64,000 nucleotides of DNA from NCBI GenBank assembly GCA_963768055.1, contig CAVYGN010000001.1, positions 1,664,001-1,728,000 of the forward strand, written 5' to 3'. Made by a program: the position numbers and the translations under genes. The notes under the pieces were generated by a model. It was not told where the DNA came from and searched no databases. It saw nothing but the letters and a program-made list of their open reading frames with translations. This stretch comes from an uncultured Spirochaetota bacterium. Its GTDB lineage: Bacteria; Spirochaetota; Brevinematia; Brevinematales; JAOACQ01. Of this stretch, positions 11,131 through 21,397 are shown one piece after another (within the stretch, counting starts at the first letter, position 1; every line of letters begins with the position of its first letter).

Positions 11131-11427
11131 TTAATCCTTATCCTTTACTATGGCAAGGATATCATCGGCTGAAACGATAAGAAAATCAGCTCCGTCGATC
11201 TTGATCTGAGTTCCGGCGTACTTATCGAAAATTATTTCATCCTTGGGCTTAACAGTAATGGGTATCAAATCGCCCTTATCATTGGTCTTGCCTGGTCCGA
11301 CAGCCTCAACTATTCCGGCCTGGGTCTTTTCCTGGGCTGTCTGGGGAATAAAAATTCCGCCTTTTGTTTTTTCTTCGCTTTCCTTTACCTTGATCAAGAC
11401 TCTGTTACCCAAAGGTTTTACTTTCAT
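11131..11427 (-). CDS. groES: Co-chaperonin GroES
   Basis: KPLGNRVL, KTKGGIFIP, AVGPG and FDKYAG motifs; GGAGG RBS. Confidence 0.98.
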   Translation of the reverse strand: MKVKPLGNRVLIKVKESEEKTKGGIFIPQTAQEKTQAGIVEAVGPGKTNDKGDLIPITVKPKDEIIFDKYAGTQIKIDGADFLIVSADDILAIVKDKD

Positions 11428-11502
11428 TATTTCCTCCAATATTATTTTATTTTAGATAATAATTTAACTAAAAATTCAAAAAAGGTCAAGTCCTATAGGG
11501 CT

Positions 11503-12900
11503 TTAGATTTTCTCTTCGTCGCATAAAATCAGCAGGGCCTTTAAAAAATCTCTCCTGCTTTCCGCTATCCGGTAATCTTCGAATTTTTTTATTTTAATCT
11601 TGCCTCCGAGCACGTCTTCGTAGATATTTAAGAGAGGGCCCGATAGTATTGAATAAACCCAATCTCTGGCCATGTTTTTAAGCGCGAATACAACCTTTGC
11701 GAAACCTATTTCATCAACTATGAGATCAACCGAGTCTCCGCCGGAAATTTTTCTCATTACCTCTTTGTTGAAATCCATTTTTCCTACCAGGGGAGCATAT
11801 GTTAAATCTTTAACTTTCCTGTAGAATTGAGCTAGAGAGAGAAACCGCTTTTCCTCGGTAAGCGACCGCGAGAATTCCACATCCTGTCTTATGAGTTCAA
11901 CTCCATCCTTCGATACATATTTTTCAAAGAAGCCTGCTGCATCGTTCCATTCAGCAAATGAAAGGGCTTCTACAAGGACCTTTCTCCTGATTTCCGAAAG
12001 AATGGCTTGAAAATTCGAATCCCTGTCGAAGGCTGCCAGCCATTCCGCAACACTTCTTGCCTGCAGCATATGTTTTGCCGCATTCCGCTCGTAACTCCTC
12101 GATATAAAATCAAGCGCTTCCATCCCTTTGATGATTATATCAAGTTCCCTGGCTGCGGCATACAGGTTTCGATGAATAATGTATTTGACCTCTTCGGACC
12201 AGCGGTATGTGGATTTTAAACGGGCGAGTTTCACTTTTTCAATGACCTGTGCTCTTACCGATTTCGAGAGGTTGTCTGTTATCCTTAATCCGTCGTCTCC
12301 AAGGCCATAGATATATGAAGCAAGCATATCGGCTGATGCTATATTTTTATGGAGAATATGGTTTAACAGCAGTTGAAGGTCCCTGTCCGATACAGATAGG
12401 ATAGAATCGGAAAAATTCGGGGGAGGACCCGATAGTTTCCTGTAAAGAATCTTTTCCAGGGCGCGTATGTGGCCTTCATCGATGAAATCATCCAGGTCGC
12501 TGATAGAATGCCCCAGGATTTTAAATATATTCTTGATATTGCTTTCGAATAGGGACAAAGACCCGGCGAAAACACCAGGACTGCCGTAATTGTAAGGAAC
12601 AGCCAGGTATTTATTAAACAAGTTACCCGAAAACAACGGCGGCCTGACCTGTAAAAAAACTTTTTTGCCGCTTATGAGGGATATTATTTTATAGTTTTCA
12701 ATTTCCTTTGTTACAGTGCTTCGAAGCAATTCAGCTGTCAAATTACCGGCCGCAGCCACGCTTAAAGCTGCACAGTCGTCTACCGAATCCTGTTTACTGA
12801 AGATCCTCACAGCCAGAAGGATGCTTCCGGACGGCCGGCCGGATGAAACTTTATGATATCCCGGATTGAAATTCCGGTTTAATAAAAGATTTCCTATCAT
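11503..12900 (-). CDS. Hypothetical protein with FliG C-terminal-like helical repeats
   Basis: SILSVSDRDLQLLL...NLSKSVRAQVIE and LSEIRRKVLVEAL...YVSKDGVELIRQDV resemble FliG-C segments. Confidence 0.5.
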   Translation of the reverse strand: MIGNLLLNRNFNPGYHKVSSGRPSGSILLAVRIFSKQDSVDDCAALSVAAAGNLTAELLRSTVTKEIENYKIISLISGKKVFLQVRPPLFSGNLFNKYLAVPYNYGSPGVFAGSLSLFESNIKNIFKILGHSISDLDDFIDEGHIRALEKILYRKLSGPPPNFSDSILSVSDRDLQLLLNHILHKNIASADMLASYIYGLGDDGLRITDNLSKSVRAQVIEKVKLARLKSTYRWSEEVKYIIHRNLYAAARELDIIIKGMEALDFISRSYERNAAKHMLQARSVAEWLAAFDRDSNFQAILSEIRRKVLVEALSFAEWNDAAGFFEKYVSKDGVELIRQDVEFSRSLTEEKRFLSLAQFYRKVKDLTYAPLVGKMDFNKEVMRKISGGDSVDLIVDEIGFAKVVFALKNMARDWVYSILSGPLLNIYEDVLGGKIKIKKFEDYRIAESRRDFLKALLILCDEEKI

Positions 12901-12920
12901 GAATTAATATTAATTAAGAC

Positions 12921-14150
12921 TTACATGTTTTTCAATATCTCCCCGGCGAATTCGCTTGTCTTAACTTCTTTTGAACCTTCTATCTGCCTCGCGAGGTCGA
13001 AAGTCACCGTCTTGCTCATTATAGTCTTTTCAAGGGCTTTTTTTATAAGATCGCCTGCTTCATTCCAGCATATATATTCAAGCATCATAACCCCTGATAG
13101 TATGACTGAGCCGGGATTGATCCTGTCCTGGTTTGCGTACTTGGGAGCCGTTCCATGGGTGGCTTCAAAAACGGCGTGATGCTCGCCGATATTCGACCCC
13201 GGGGCCATGCCGAGGCCCCCGATCTGGGCTGCTATAGCGTCGGACAGGTAATCGCCGTTCAGGTTAGTTGTAACTATAACATCGTAATCTGAAGGTCTTA
13301 AAAGGACCTGCTGGAACATGCTGTCTGCGATCCTGTCTTTGACAATAACCTTGCCGGATATTTCAGGTCCGGTTATTTCCGACTCGAGAATCACTTTATC
13401 CCTGAATTCCCCCGTGGCTACTTCATAAGCCCAATTCTTGAAAGCGCCCTCCGTATACTTCATGATATTGCCCTTGTGTACGATCGTAACGCTTTTCCTT
13501 TTATTCTTCACCGCATAATCAAGAGCCTTCCTCGCTATACGCTTGCTTCCGAATTCGCTTACAGGTTTTATTCCTATCCCCGAATCTTTTCTTATATCTT
13601 TTTTCATGGTATTTCTTAAAAAGTCAATGACGAGCCCTGCTTCTTTCGACCCTTCCTGCCACTCGATTCCGCTGTATACGTCCTCCGTATTTTCCCTGAA
13701 AATGATCATATCGACATCATCCGGATTTTTAACGGGAGAGGGTGTTCCCTTATAAAACTTAACCGGCCTTATACAGGCGTATAGATCGAGAAGCTGGCGC
13801 AGAGTCACGTTAAGGCTTCTGAAGCCTCCTCCGACAGGAGTTGTCAGGGGCCCTTTTATAGCGACAATATACTCCTTAATAGCCTCAAGCGTCTCGTCGG
13901 GGAGATGGCTTTTGTAAAGGGATTCGGCTTTTTCACCGGCGAAAATCTCCATCCACAAAATCTCCCTTTTCCCGTTATAGGCTTTTTTGACTGCTCCGTC
14001 GAAAACCATTCGGGACGCTCTCCATATATCGGGCCCTGTCCCGTCGCCCTCTATAAACGGGATAATAGGGTTGTCCGGTATGGATAATTTGCCGTTTTCT
14101 ATCGCTATCTTTTTTCCGGCCGCAGGGACTTTGATATGCTGATAATTCAT
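12921..14150 (-). CDS. icd: NADP-dependent isocitrate dehydrogenase
   Basis: [36 protein letters not shown] and [12 protein letters not shown] motifs. Confidence 0.98.
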   Translation of the reverse strand: MNYQHIKVPAAGKKIAIENGKLSIPDNPIIPFIEGDGTGPDIWRASRMVFDGAVKKAYNGKREILWMEIFAGEKAESLYKSHLPDETLEAIKEYIVAIKGPLTTPVGGGFRSLNVTLRQLLDLYACIRPVKFYKGTPSPVKNPDDVDMIIFRENTEDVYSGIEWQEGSKEAGLVIDFLRNTMKKDIRKDSGIGIKPVSEFGSKRIARKALDYAVKNKRKSVTIVHKGNIMKYTEGAFKNWAYEVATGEFRDKVILESEITGPEISGKVIVKDRIADSMFQQVLLRPSDYDVIVTTNLNGDYLSDAIAAQIGGLGMAPGSNIGEHHAVFEATHGTAPKYANQDRINPGSVILSGVMMLEYICWNEAGDLIKKALEKTIMSKTVTFDLARQIEGSKEVKTSEFAGEILKNM

Positions 14151-14188
14151 AAATACCTCTGCCGATAAATAATATTAAAATTATTTAA

Positions 14189-14317
14189 GGGCGGTTCTAA
14201 AAACTAACATTGTTATTAAAAAAAGATGGTCTTACAGTAATAAAACCGCCCAATGGGCCCTACCTTGCTGCCCAAAAGGGCTTGTCCCCGTAAGGGGGGC
14301 AGTTATTAGAAGGGCCC
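14189..14317. mobile_element. Putative MITE (129 bp)
   Basis: Imperfect 17-bp terminal inverted repeats (GGGCGGTTCTAAAAACT / AGTTATTAGAAGGGCCC) with TTAA on both flanks; no transposase. Confidence 0.5.
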
Positions 14318-14370
14318 TTAATATTAATAATAAAGCGGTAAAAAGGCAATTTTGAATATCGAAACACCTG

Positions 14371-14535
14371 CTAACTTCTTTGCGTTCTTTGAGCCTCTGC
14401 TCTGATTAAATTATAAACCATTTTAAACCTCTCCAGAATGATCCTGTCAAGGGCCAAGGGCTCGCAATATTTAAGAACCTCTTTTCTAAGGGCTTGGTAC
14501 TCCTGTTCAAGCATCATCTCCTCTTTATCAGGCAT
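14371..14535 (-). CDS. Small hypothetical protein, 54 aa (MPDKEEMMLEQEYQALRKEVLKYCEPLALDRIILERFKMVYNLIRAEAQRTQRS)
   Basis: Perfect AAGGAGG RBS before the ATG; below the ORF-track cutoff. Confidence 0.5.
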   Translation of the reverse strand: MPDKEEMMLEQEYQALRKEVLKYCEPLALDRIILERFKMVYNLIRAEAQRTQRS

Positions 14536-14734
14536 ATGACCTCCTTGATTATTGATAGTCTAGAACATTTCGAGGCCCCCTTAACTCCTCCCCCGTTCTA
14601 TTATTAGTATCCGTTGTTAAAATATAATAAAGATGGAACCTTGAAAAATTAGTTGGAAACCGGATAATTTAAATGGAACTTGTTTTGCTTATTTATGTCA
14701 TACCATCAATGAAGTGTGTTTTAATATGTTTATA

Positions 14735-16786
14735 TTATTTACACATTGATATCAATTCTTTTAACTTTGATTCTATAAGTTTCCAGTCCTCATTATTGCT
14801 TTTATATGAAAACTCCATTATCTTTTTTTTAAAATCAAGTAATGAAATTCTTAATTTATATTCCTTATGAATATCAATTAATACTTGTTTTCCATCACAT
14901 TTAATTATCCATTTAGATTCCCAATCATCTTTAATAGAAGTTATACGTTTTTGGATTTCAGATAATACAACATCTTTTCTAAAATCTGTTTTTATTCTAA
15001 TAGAAGATGCTGCGATTTTATCTAGTATAGAAAATAAATTGTTTACAGTTTCTTCCGGATTATCAGTTAATATTTCTGTTATTTTTATATAAATTTCATC
15101 AGTTAAATATTTAAGTACAACATCTTTTGCTCCAATTTTGTTTATTTGCATAAATGCTATATTTTTTATTATTCCCAACATTGACCCTCTTGTCAATCCA
15201 TCCTGATTTGCTCCGTTTTCTTTGATAACATCAAATATTGTATCAGAATTAAGTAAATAATTTTCAAGGCAATATCTATCCCATTGAAGTAAGATAACAT
15301 TTTTAGTTGATTTCAAACTAGTTGGAAGATTATCAAGATCAAACAAGAATAACTGATATGAGTCAAGTGTACCTTTTTTATCTTCATCTTGAAGAGTTTT
15401 AATATTTTTTTCAATTTCTTTTCTTCCACCTAAATACTTTGCCGCATAACCAGGCATAATGGTAGTAATAGCAAAATCTAAAAGTTCTGTGTCATGAGGA
15501 CCTTCTAAGTAAATAATGCCTTTAGTCGATAATAAATCTGTACTACTTGAGCCTAATTTTTGTAGAACACTAAATACTTCAGCTTTATCCTTTTTATAAA
15601 TTACCGAAATATCATTTCCGGATATTAAATGATAGATTTTGCAATCATTTCTCTCAAAAGCAGTTGCAAACATTTCTGGGCTATGAGTACTAAGAATAAT
15701 TTGTCTATTTTTTACATTACAAACAGTATCAATGAGATAATTTATAATCTTCTTTTGGACTGCTGGATTTAAATGTAGTTCGGGTTCATCAAAAAGAATT
15801 ATTCCATTTTCATTAGTAGTAAGATCCATAAATAGTATAGTTAATAATAAATTTTTTTCGCCAGAACTCATACTATCTATATCGTAATGGCTTCCTTTTA
15901 TAGTATCATTTATCCATATTGAAATATTTCCATTTGGATTTATTCCAACTCCACCAAGATTTTTTCCAGGAAGTAATGAGTCAAATATTAATTCAAATGT
16001 TTCTTCTATCATTTTCTTAGATTCATTACTTGAAAAATACATGTTAATAATAAATTGTTTTATTAATAGGTATTTTGATTGTGGGTTTGCAATATACGAT
16101 TGAAGCTGCTGATTCGCATTTTGAAAACCGATTTGTAACGGTTGATCACCCAAAGGCAAAGATCTATCTGCTGGAAAATAATTAAAATAAGAATATGAAT
16201 ACCCACTTGTCTCACAAAGTATTGCAAGAAACTCTTGATCTAATAAAGAAGAACCAGATATAAGTAGATTATCTATAGTTAAACTTGCAATAGCCTTCTT
16301 TGTAGTCAATAGAGTTTTCAAATAAGAATCGATTTCCAAACGACCTAATTCCATCATCTGTTTTCCAGGTTCACTACTGAGATATTGAGCTTCAGAAAAT
16401 GATTCACGAAAAACAGGAAATCTATTTGTATTTTGCAAATGCTTAATAATCAGATTATTAAAGAAAGATTTTTTTACAGTTTCTATTTCTGATTCCTCAA
16501 TAGAATATTCAATTGATATCTCAAGCTTTTTGGTTCGATCATTTAACAAAGTGTTTGTAATAACACCTTGTTGATTTGGACTAATAGCTTTAATACTAGT
16601 TAAAACCATATTTGTTTCACCTTGTATGTTTGGAAATAAAAAAGCCTTATTTAAACGAATAGCCTCGAAAATGGTTGATTTACCAACAGCATTTGGACCT
16701 ACGATTAAAATTCCTTGAGCATCCGTGTTAAATTCAATATCTTTTATACCTTTAAGATTAATTATTCTAATTTTGGTAATTTTCAT
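14735..16786 (-). CDS. ABC-type ATPase plus TOPRIM-like domain (OLD-family-like ATP-dependent nuclease; candidate defence protein)
   Basis: Walker A GPNAVGKS, signature MSSGE, Walker B ILFDEPELHL, H-loop STHS, then TOPRIM-like YLEGPHD and FDLD. Confidence 0.75.
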   Translation of the reverse strand: MKITKIRIINLKGIKDIEFNTDAQGILIVGPNAVGKSTIFEAIRLNKAFLFPNIQGETNMVLTSIKAISPNQQGVITNTLLNDRTKKLEISIEYSIEESEIETVKKSFFNNLIIKHLQNTNRFPVFRESFSEAQYLSSEPGKQMMELGRLEIDSYLKTLLTTKKAIASLTIDNLLISGSSLLDQEFLAILCETSGYSYSYFNYFPADRSLPLGDQPLQIGFQNANQQLQSYIANPQSKYLLIKQFIINMYFSSNESKKMIEETFELIFDSLLPGKNLGGVGINPNGNISIWINDTIKGSHYDIDSMSSGEKNLLLTILFMDLTTNENGIILFDEPELHLNPAVQKKIINYLIDTVCNVKNRQIILSTHSPEMFATAFERNDCKIYHLISGNDISVIYKKDKAEVFSVLQKLGSSSTDLLSTKGIIYLEGPHDTELLDFAITTIMPGYAAKYLGGRKEIEKNIKTLQDEDKKGTLDSYQLFLFDLDNLPTSLKSTKNVILLQWDRYCLENYLLNSDTIFDVIKENGANQDGLTRGSMLGIIKNIAFMQINKIGAKDVVLKYLTDEIYIKITEILTDNPEETVNNLFSILDKIAASSIRIKTDFRKDVVLSEIQKRITSIKDDWESKWIIKCDGKQVLIDIHKEYKLRISLLDFKKKIMEFSYKSNNEDWKLIESKLKELISMCK

Positions 16787-16964
16787 TTTTTACCTCTCTT
16801 GAAATTCTTTATATTATATTTATTGAATTGTCTTAATTTTTTCAACATTATCTTCAGATCGATTTTAATAAATAACTCCAAAGTTTCTTCAGTTATTAAA
16901 GAATATAAATATTTGTTTTATATTTTCTTATTTTTACAAGCCAAACTTAGTTTAATTTTTCTAT

Positions 16965-17666
16965 TTATTGCAATAATATTTCAGATTGGCTATCATCTTT
17001 TATAATATATTTATTAACTAATTCAATAATGGATTTGCATTCTAAAAAAGGATATATTTTACGAATAGCTTCATCTAAAACTGTTAAATTATAATCTCCA
17101 CTCCAGCGTTCTGATTCAGAGATTGTAATATTATTCCCATGCTTTAAATATTTTTCAAGTAAATCCAGACCTAATTCTTTTTGTCCTTTTTCATCTCTAG
17201 CATGCCTTGCTTTTGCTACTGTAGACCATGGATCTCTGCCAGCTTTTTCACCTTTTCCATGTATTAATGATAAGATTCTAGCAACTTTATGAGCCTCATT
17301 TATTGAGTATATTGTACAAGGAACTTTTAAATTATCCCTTTTCCATTCATCTGAAATGGTTTTAATCTTTATTGAGATTTCTCTTGGGATTTCGATTTCA
17401 GTTAAAAATCCATGTAAGATTTTTAATGATGCTACTCTACGATTTCCCTCTTTTACAAGATGAATTCCTTTGTCAAACATAATAATGATATTTTCTGTAG
17501 GGAAATAACCATTATCTAATAGGCTTTCTAGCAATCCCCAAAAATAATCAGGACTTATAGCAATCATAGTATTAACAGCATCTATATCACTTTTTTTATG
17601 GATTGTTCTGAAATTATCAAGATCTAATGATAATTTATCAACAGAGATTTCCCCTAATGTTGGCAT
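16965..17666 (-). pseudogene. ParB/Srx-like N-terminal domain protein, probably 3'-truncated
   Basis: LSLDLDNFR...ENIII...VKEGNRRVASLK is a ParB-like motif set. The ORF ends in low-complexity AT-rich sequence. Confidence 0.5.
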
Positions 17667-17868
17667 GAATATATCCTAAAACAATGATCTTAAAAAGTTA
17701 TATTCTATTATATATCGCCAATAACCTATATGAATATAAATATATAACAACAATTTATTATTATTTTGTTGAATTGGAAGGTTGCAGTTCGGCAGGTTTA
17801 GTGACCCAAGGTCAGCATTTTTGAGGATACTTAAATTCTATAATTAATTATATTTTTCTCTTAAGAAT

Positions 17869-18352
17869 TCAGATTGTCTTTCAAGTTCTGGGAAAAATGC
17901 TCGTTCATTTATTCCTATTCTATTTAACTCATCAAGAATTTTTGCTTTTTAATAAATAAGAAACTTATTTTTATCTTCTTTTAACAAAATCCAATCTTGA
18001 TTAAGGATAGCCGGGTTATTTTTTTATAATTTATACCAAATAAAAAGAAGGCGCCTTCTTGTCTTAAAATTCGTTGATTATTCATTTTAAGACGTACACA
18101 TATAACTGAATTAATAGTTTTAGGATCTATTAAAGGTAAAAAGTATGGTTTTTCACTTTTAATTTCATGTAGAAGAGTTTGCATTTCAGGGGTTTCATTA
18201 TTGAAATTTTCAATTTCATCATTATTTAAAATTAGGGAATCCTTTAGTATATTAAAACTAAAAGGTCTTTTTGATATATTGGAAATAATTGAAACACTAT
18301 CACTTTCATAAAGTCGAATTTCCTTCTTAGGTATTCTAAAAAACTATTACTT
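17869..18352 (-). pseudogene. FRG-domain protein remnant (5'-truncated, frameshifted)
   Basis: Fragments EVIVFRIP..YESDSVS, LLHEIKSEKPYF and NQRILRQEGAFFLFG, plus KILDELNRIGINERAFFPELE in another frame. Confidence 0.7.
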
Positions 18353-18374
18353 CCACACATTAAGGATTATATTG

Positions 18375-18506
18375 ATGCCTAAAAAAGAGAAAAAGAAAAG
18401 AAAATCAAAATATGACAAACCCTTCTCACTTTATCCGTTGAATCCAGATCAGGCACTGGAAATATTTATGAGCATCCCGCTGGAAAAGGTCAAGGAAATT
18501 AAGTAG
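18375..18506 (+). CDS. 43-aa basic peptide (MPKKEKKKRKSKYDKPFSLYPLNPDQALEIFMSIPLEKVKEIK)
   Basis: Open frame with an SLxPL..AL motif that I recall from small ORFs downstream of IS1595-family transposases. Confidence 0.4.
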   Translation: MPKKEKKKRKSKYDKPFSLYPLNPDQALEIFMSIPLEKVKEIK

Positions 18507-18581
18507 AAATAGAAAATTGCTATTGACAATATTTTCCTCCACATTATACTTTTACCAAAATTCTTAAAGGAGGAATTGAAA

Positions 18582-18809
18582 ATGGCAGACTTTAAAGTCG
18601 GTGATGTTGTTAGATTAAAAAGTGGTGGACCTGATATGACCATCATTGAAATTTATGGAGATTCAAAAAACACCCCAAATGCTTATGTAGCCAGATTAAA
18701 ACATAGGATAGAAGGAGATTTGGTTTGTCGTTGGTTTGATTCAGGAAAGCAAACTGTTGATTTCTTTGGGCCAAACGAAGTGGTACTTATTCCTTCGGGG
18801 CAACAGTAA
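18582..18809 (+). CDS. YodC/DUF2158-family small protein
   Basis: FKVGDVVRLKSGGPDMTI...CRWF; AAGGAGG RBS. Confidence 0.8.
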   Translation: MADFKVGDVVRLKSGGPDMTIIEIYGDSKNTPNAYVARLKHRIEGDLVCRWFDSGKQTVDFFGPNEVVLIPSGQQ

Positions 18810-18969
18810 GAGGGCTAAATTCCATCATCGTAGCATAAATGATCTTCTGATTGTTGTATATTGCCCCACCAAGAACAGATGAGGGTTCCTCATCTTTTAC
18901 TTTTTCAACAATCAAATCAGGACTTCCTGATTTAAGTTTTACCTTATCCCCTTTTTTGTAGTTTTTCAT
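18787..18969 (-). CDS. Second YodC/DUF2158-like small protein, possibly degenerate
   Basis: YKKGDKVKLKSGSPDLIV; lacks the C-terminal CxWF. Confidence 0.5.
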   Translation of the reverse strand: MKNYKKGDKVKLKSGSPDLIVEKVKDEEPSSVLGGAIYNNQKIIYATMMEFSPLTVAPKE

Positions 18970-19227
18970 TGTAATTTTACCTTGCTTTCCTTTATACTAA
19001 ATATAAACGGGCAGACAAAATTTCAGAAGGAAAATTGTATGATACAACGTGAACTTAGGAGACTAATTAGAGAATCACGTCTTTCTCAAGAAAGAAAGGC
19101 TGTTTGGAGAAATATATTAAACCCACATTTCCCAGATGAAATTTTGTTTTCTTAGAGAAAACATGGCATAATCATATATCAGGATAGGAATTAGATTACT
19201 AAAAAACCTTCATAACTGGAGGATTCA

Positions 19228-20565
19228 ATGGGTGAAAGCCAAAATCAGGCATTACGAGTCGATTTTGATAAGAGTCTAAGGCTTGAATTTCATGGTTCAA
19301 CCATTACTTCTGATGCCGGACTACTTGCTTATCGTGAACTTGATGACGCATTGGGATTGACAGACATTGCGGCAAAGTGCCTGAAAGATATCAGATTTGG
19401 AAAGAACAAACAGCATAGTATTGCAGCACAATTGCGGCAATCCGTATTCAGCAGGCTTGCGGGATATGAAGACACAAATGATGCGGAACGTCTTTCCGTT
19501 GATCCTGCCATGAGGCAGGTTGTCGGGGGAAGAGCTCTTATTCATACGGCTGCGTCAACGAGCCAGATGGGAAGGTTTGAAACTGAAGTTCTAACTCTTC
19601 CGGATAACATCAAAGCCCTTATGAATCTTTCCGGGCAATGGATTGACAGGTTAAGGGATCAGGTTCCCATGAGAAATCTTGTTCTCGATATGGACAGCTC
19701 TGTGAGTGAAACATATGGAAGACAGGATGGGACTGCATATAATGGACACTTTGGATGTACTTGTTACCACCCCCTTTTTTGCTTCAACCAGTTTGGCGAT
19801 GTCGAGTTTGCCCTTCTTCGGGAAGGTAATGTACACAGCGCTGATAACTGGAAAAAAGTATTAGATCCAATTGTTGCCCGTTACCGTAATAGAAAATTTC
19901 CTCATTACTTCAGAGGGGATGCCGGCTTTGCCAAACCCGAGATTTACGAGTACCTGGAATCAGAACATTTCAAGTATGCCATTCGCTTACCAGCCAATGA
20001 TATTTTATACAGTGAAATCGGACATCTCCTTACAAGGCCGGTAGGACGGCCGTCATATACACCTGTTGTCTGGTACCATGAATTCCTGTATAAAGCGGCA
20101 TCCTGGGCTCGTGATCGCAGGATAATAGCAAAGGTGGAATGGCACCAGGGAGAACTCTTTCCCAGGGTCGGTTTTATCGTTACAAATCTAAGGGCTAAAA
20201 AGAAGAAAGTAGTCCATTTTTACAATATGAGGGGAACAGCGGAACAATGCATTAAAGAGGGTAAGAATGCTGTAAAGTGGACAAGGCTCTCCTGTCATGA
20301 TTTTATCGATAATCATGTCCGGCTCCAGTTATTTGTCCTTGCCTACAATCTTGGAAACTTCTTCCGGCATTCAGCTTTACCCAGAGTAATGAAACACTGG
20401 ACCATGACGACACTCAGGGAAAAGCTAATAAAAATCGGTGCAAAGGTTGTCAGCCATGCTCGCTATGTGGTTTTCCAGATGGCGGAAGTCGCCGTCCCGA
20501 AAGGGCTGTTTGCCGTTATCCTTGATAGATTACATAGATTAAGGCTACTGTTTGGCGTTGGTTAA
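19228..20565 (+). CDS. IS1380-family DDE transposase
   Basis: ITSDAGL, GYEDTND, LDMDSS, RGDAGF and [15 protein letters not shown] motifs. Confidence 0.95.
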   Translation: MGESQNQALRVDFDKSLRLEFHGSTITSDAGLLAYRELDDALGLTDIAAKCLKDIRFGKNKQHSIAAQLRQSVFSRLAGYEDTNDAERLSVDPAMRQVVGGRALIHTAASTSQMGRFETEVLTLPDNIKALMNLSGQWIDRLRDQVPMRNLVLDMDSSVSETYGRQDGTAYNGHFGCTCYHPLFCFNQFGDVEFALLREGNVHSADNWKKVLDPIVARYRNRKFPHYFRGDAGFAKPEIYEYLESEHFKYAIRLPANDILYSEIGHLLTRPVGRPSYTPVVWYHEFLYKAASWARDRRIIAKVEWHQGELFPRVGFIVTNLRAKKKKVVHFYNMRGTAEQCIKEGKNAVKWTRLSCHDFIDNHVRLQLFVLAYNLGNFFRHSALPRVMKHWTMTTLREKLIKIGAKVVSHARYVVFQMAEVAVPKGLFAVILDRLHRLRLLFGVG

Positions 20566-20700
20566 TACTATTTATTTGATATCGGATTTTTCAAGGGGTT
20601 ACTGTCGCCTTTTTGTTTAAAGGTTAGCAGAACATCGCCTGAAATCTGATTTTATGTTATTATCGAATGAATTTTATATAAAGAAACCTGGATTTTAATG

Positions 20701-20729
20701 TTGACAAAGTTATTTTACGGAATCATAAT
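20701..20729 (+). promoter_or_regulatory. Outward-facing promoter in the IS1380 right end
   Basis: TTGACA, 17 bp, CATAAT, pointing out of the IS. Confidence 0.65.
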
Positions 20730-21171
20730 AAATCAATCCATTAAATGGGAGAGTTTGGGGTGTCATTTGGGAAATATCGGTTAAACAGTGGCAGAGATGA
20801 TCAAGATATCGATTTAAATGTATTAAGAGAAGCTTGCTTAAACAATAATCAATCAGAAACAACAAGAAGGGCTACCGATCAAGCTTTAAGTGATTATCAA
20901 ATAGAAAACATAATTCTATACAATTATCATATAGAAGAAAATACCAATTTAATCAGAGATATAGATTCTTTATTATCAATACCCCATGTATAGTATTTTT
21001 TTATATAAAAGCTTTTTTTTGCTTCGTCAAGTGCATAGTTCCGAATTTATATTGTCAAAATTCATTATTACTTTTTATTGGAGAATTTGTTAAGGAAGTA
21101 AACATTTTTATTGATTTTATAAATTTGCGTAATCCGGGGCACCAGACGAAACCTTCCATGTAATCCGTTTC

Positions 21172-21372
21172 AAATCTGCCACCTAATCCTGTTGAACCCT
21201 GCCGGGTATTCCGGGTGAAATTTCCCCTGGATGATTTGATTAGATATGATGGTTGGGGATTTTAGCTTGTAATTTAAGGGGATTCTATTTTGGAAACACC
21301 CAGGGGAATTCGCCATTCATTTAATTTTCTTTAATACGTTTTTCAAATTCTATCATAAATTTGACTATTGAA
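21172..21372. repeat. Diverged direct repeat, copy 1 (includes the 3' end of an XRE gene)
   Basis: Aligns by eye with 25281-25474. Minus strand encodes SIVKFMIEFEKRIKEN*. Confidence 0.8.
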
Positions 21373-21397
21373 TGACAGAATTTATTAATTAATTAAA

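Larger units (their letters stand above)
19122..20780 (+). mobile_element. IS1380-family insertion sequence (1659 bp)
   Basis: Terminal inverted repeats CCCACATTTCCCAGATGA / TCATTTGGGAAATATCGG (15 of 18 match). TTAAA target duplication at 19117-19121 and 20781-20785. Confidence 0.93.
19039..20993 (+). pseudogene. 96-aa hypothetical gene interrupted by IS1380
   Basis: Removing the IS and one TTAAA copy restores MIQRELRRLIRESRLSQERKAVWRNI-LNSGRDDQDIDL...SIPHV in frame. Confidence 0.75.

Noticed and set aside
12921..14640. icd as the island's integration site
   Set aside because: The island lies on the 5' side of icd, and I saw no duplicated icd 3' end and no integrase.
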